Assembly (NCBI RefSeq): GCF_000281045.1
Contig: NW_008246077.1
Coordinates: forward strand, 956,340 to 976,339
Direction of reading: 5' to 3'
Source of the DNA: Saprolegnia diclina VS20
Taxonomy: Eukaryota
Length of the DNA: 20,000 nucleotides
Positions 17,642-20,000 of the stretch are shown one piece after another (positions within the stretch are counted from its first letter, which is position 1; every line of letters starts with the position of its first letter). The position numbers and the translations under genes are program-made. The notes under the pieces were generated by a model that was given only the letters and a program-made list of their open reading frames with translations, was not told the DNA's origin and did not search any database.

Positions 17642-19523
17642 CTACGGCAACGCGTGCGCCGCCACGTCGAGGCGCTGCGTCAAGACGCCGTGCAAGATGA
17701 GCTCCGTCGAGCACACGTGCGCTGCGAGCTGGATCTTCTTTTGCATCGCCTTGGTCGCAATCGCTTTTGGTGCCGTAATGACGATGCAGCCGCGCTCGGG
17801 CTTGGCCAGTACCTACGCCGCCCATGAGCCAAGTCGCCAGTACGATACGCATGCATGCAATAGGACGTACTCGGCCGCCCGCAAGCCGGACAATCTTCTC
17901 AAGCTCGGTGCTCGGCGGTTTGACGTCACCATGGGGTGTGATGTAGAACGTGTGGGCTGCCAAGAAAGACTGGCGTGACGCCAAGCTGCAGTCGTACATG
18001 GTGTGCTCGAGTTCGAATCCCCACTTGGCTTCCTTCTCTGCGTCCCGGAGACTAAACTCGATCTCGTTTGCGGGCCGCCGCATCTTGGCCGACGCGCGCA
18101 ACCATGCTTCGTCGAGGATGTGGAGACAGCACGAGATGCCACAAAGCAATTTGACGGTGCGCTTGAGCTCGTTCGACACCAAGTGGGTGCCTTTAGTCAC
18201 GTCGTCTTCAAACACAGCGCCTTTGATTGCTCGGATCTACCTCCACGCAACTTTGCATGAAGTATCATCCTCCATGGACGAGTGAATGTACCTTGCGCAT
18301 GATGGCATCGGTCGGCTCAATGCCCGTGAGCACAATGCGAATCGCATCGGGGGTGCTACTCGCCGCGGAGAGCTCTGTCGACGCCAATGACTCGGGAAAC
18401 GACTCGGTCTCGGAGAGGCGTCGCGTTGCTCGCGGCCGCTCCATCGATTGCGACGCCTCAAAGACTTCGCTCTCAGTGTAGGACGCGGTTCGCCGGGCAG
18501 CTTTTCGCTTGGGCTTGGCATCTGCCACGGGCGCTTGTGGAGTGTCGGCCACTGGAGGGACCTTGGCTTTGGAGGCGCGTGGCCGCTTGGGCGATGAGGA
18601 CGACACCTCGTCCGAGGCGGCAGGCCGCTTCTGGCCTTTTTTAGCTTTGGGAACCGGCGGATTCTTGGCCTTGTGCGACGCGGCGAGGAGCTTTTCGTGG
18701 AACGAGAGGCCTTCGGTCGCTTCGTCCTGGCTCTTCTCTCGTGCCGGAAGCGGCTCAGCATGGATCTCTGAGATGATTGGCGTCGTGGGCGTGGACTCAG
18801 TGTGCATAGGCTCGTCGGCGGTCGGGGCTGTGACGCCTGGCAGGTCGACGGGCTCGGTTTGTATCGGCTCGTCTGCACTCGGGAGATCGTCATTTGGTAG
18901 CTCGAGGGGCTCTGTCGGCGGCGACGCTGTCTTTTCTGAATCTGACGCCATCGCACTGTTGGTCTCGGTCGCTGCATCGTCGTCGTCCTCGCTGGCCATG
19001 GTCTCAGTGTCGCTCGCGACGGGGTTAGTGGGCGTGAACGCTGCCGACGGCGTCCATGTGGGCAGCTCGCTGATGACTTGGCTTTGCCGCTCGTTGGACT
19101 TGTATACATCGGTCTCCCAGTGCGCGAGCAAGCTTGTGCCACCGACCCACATGTCCTCGGACTCGTTGCCGCTCTCGTCGTCGTCGCCATCAGCGTCGTC
19201 TGGGCGATGGCTCGTAATGATGAGCTTGCGCTCTTCGAGCGTCATGAGCGCTACCCGCGCGTGTTAGATCCATCGCATGCACGCCACGTACTCTTGCGCT
19301 TGGCATCGACGGTCTGCGAGAGGTAGTCTTCTTGGGACATGCAGCGAAAGCAGATTTGCGTCTCGTCCTCGTCAAAGCTGCAGAGCACGAGCTTCTTCGG
19401 GCTCTCGGCGCGCGGAGCCTCGTACGCATCCTGCGTCGTCACCTTCTTCCACTGGCTCGGCGTCTCCTGGTCGCCGACCGCGGTCCCTGTCTGCGTCGCG
19501 GTCTCGGCCTCGGGCGTTGCCAT
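17642..19523 (-). CDS. MDC1-like tandem-BRCT protein with an acidic S/TQ-rich disordered N-terminus; exons 19523-19292, 19250-18292, 18236-17871, 17812-17642
   Basis: Start MATPEAETATQ; introns of 41, 55 and 58 nt. C-terminus RIVLTGIE...THLVSNELKRTVKLLCGIS...ILDEAWLRAS...DAEKEAKWGFEL...YITPHGDVKPPSTELEKIVRLAGGR...STELILHGVLTQRL matches the MDC1-type tBRCT. Confidence 0.87.
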
Positions 19524-19561
19524 CGTCGTGGATTTGTTGTTTCCGTCCAAGCAAGCTCGAT

Positions 19562-19610
19562 GGCGATTGGCCCAATTTCCTGCCGACCGCCTCGCACGTG
19601 ATTGGTGGAT
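19562..19610. promoter_or_regulatory. CCAAT boxes upstream of the MDC1-like gene
   Basis: GATTGGCCCAAT (about 19565) and GTGATTGG (about 19598), the latter overlapping CACGTG, lie 40-85 nt upstream of ATG 19523. CCAAT is a known oomycete promoter element. Confidence 0.45.
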
Positions 19611-20000
19611 TTTCGAACAAATGCATTGCCAGCGATCTGCTGACCGCATTTTTGGATCTTAATGTCCTGCTGCACAATACCAACGGTCAATAATCACTGA
19701 TCATTGACCCTTGGCAATACTCAACAAACCAACTTGTGTAATTGTAGTCCATGAGCCGCGTCTAGACTACCGGTATCGTAGCCGCCAGCCGCCAACACTA
19801 CTCCCAGCTTCCAACTACGCATGAGGTTTGGCGAGCTTGGGGCGTCCACCTGACTAAGGCAACAAATATCGCCAGGTCTGTCATGTGCCAGTTCAACCTG
19901 TACAAAGTACTACGTTACGTCACGAGTCGAGCCTCGTCCACCTTTGCAAGTGTAACCCTGGACAGCAAACTGTAGGTAGGAAAAGGACAATGTAGACACA

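Noticed and set aside
19700..20000. Possible gene start at the right edge
   Set aside because: Only very short ORFs; insufficient sequence to support a call.

Overview
Gene-dense eukaryotic DNA, GC-rich, with very short (about 40-58 nt) GT-AG introns. This style suggests an oomycete, probably Saprolegniales (inference). I can support ten protein-coding genes, several of which the ORF track misses or fragments because they are spliced or run off the window edge. In order: an SLC35F6-like transporter (-, truncated at the left edge); a SMYD-type SET/MYND methyltransferase (-); a second SLC35F6-like paralog (+, 4 introns); a multi-intron RI-like LRR protein (+); a probably mitochondrial typical 2-Cys peroxiredoxin (-); a low-complexity protein with RRPS and TPxR repeats (-); a spliced 40-aa microprotein carrying a PPP1R3-type PP1-docking motif (+); a degenerate DH-PH-PH protein with an MDC1-type tandem BRCT (-); a SPOC-like protein (+); and a second MDC1-like tandem-BRCT protein rich in S/TQ sites (-). 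The most notable points are the hidden PP1-docking microprotein, the RhoGEF-like plus MDC1-tBRCT fusion that shares intron positions with its neighbouring paralog, and a recurrent (G)TATCCGG(A) motif just upstream of five gene starts. All gene models were spliced and translated by eye; no database searches were run.
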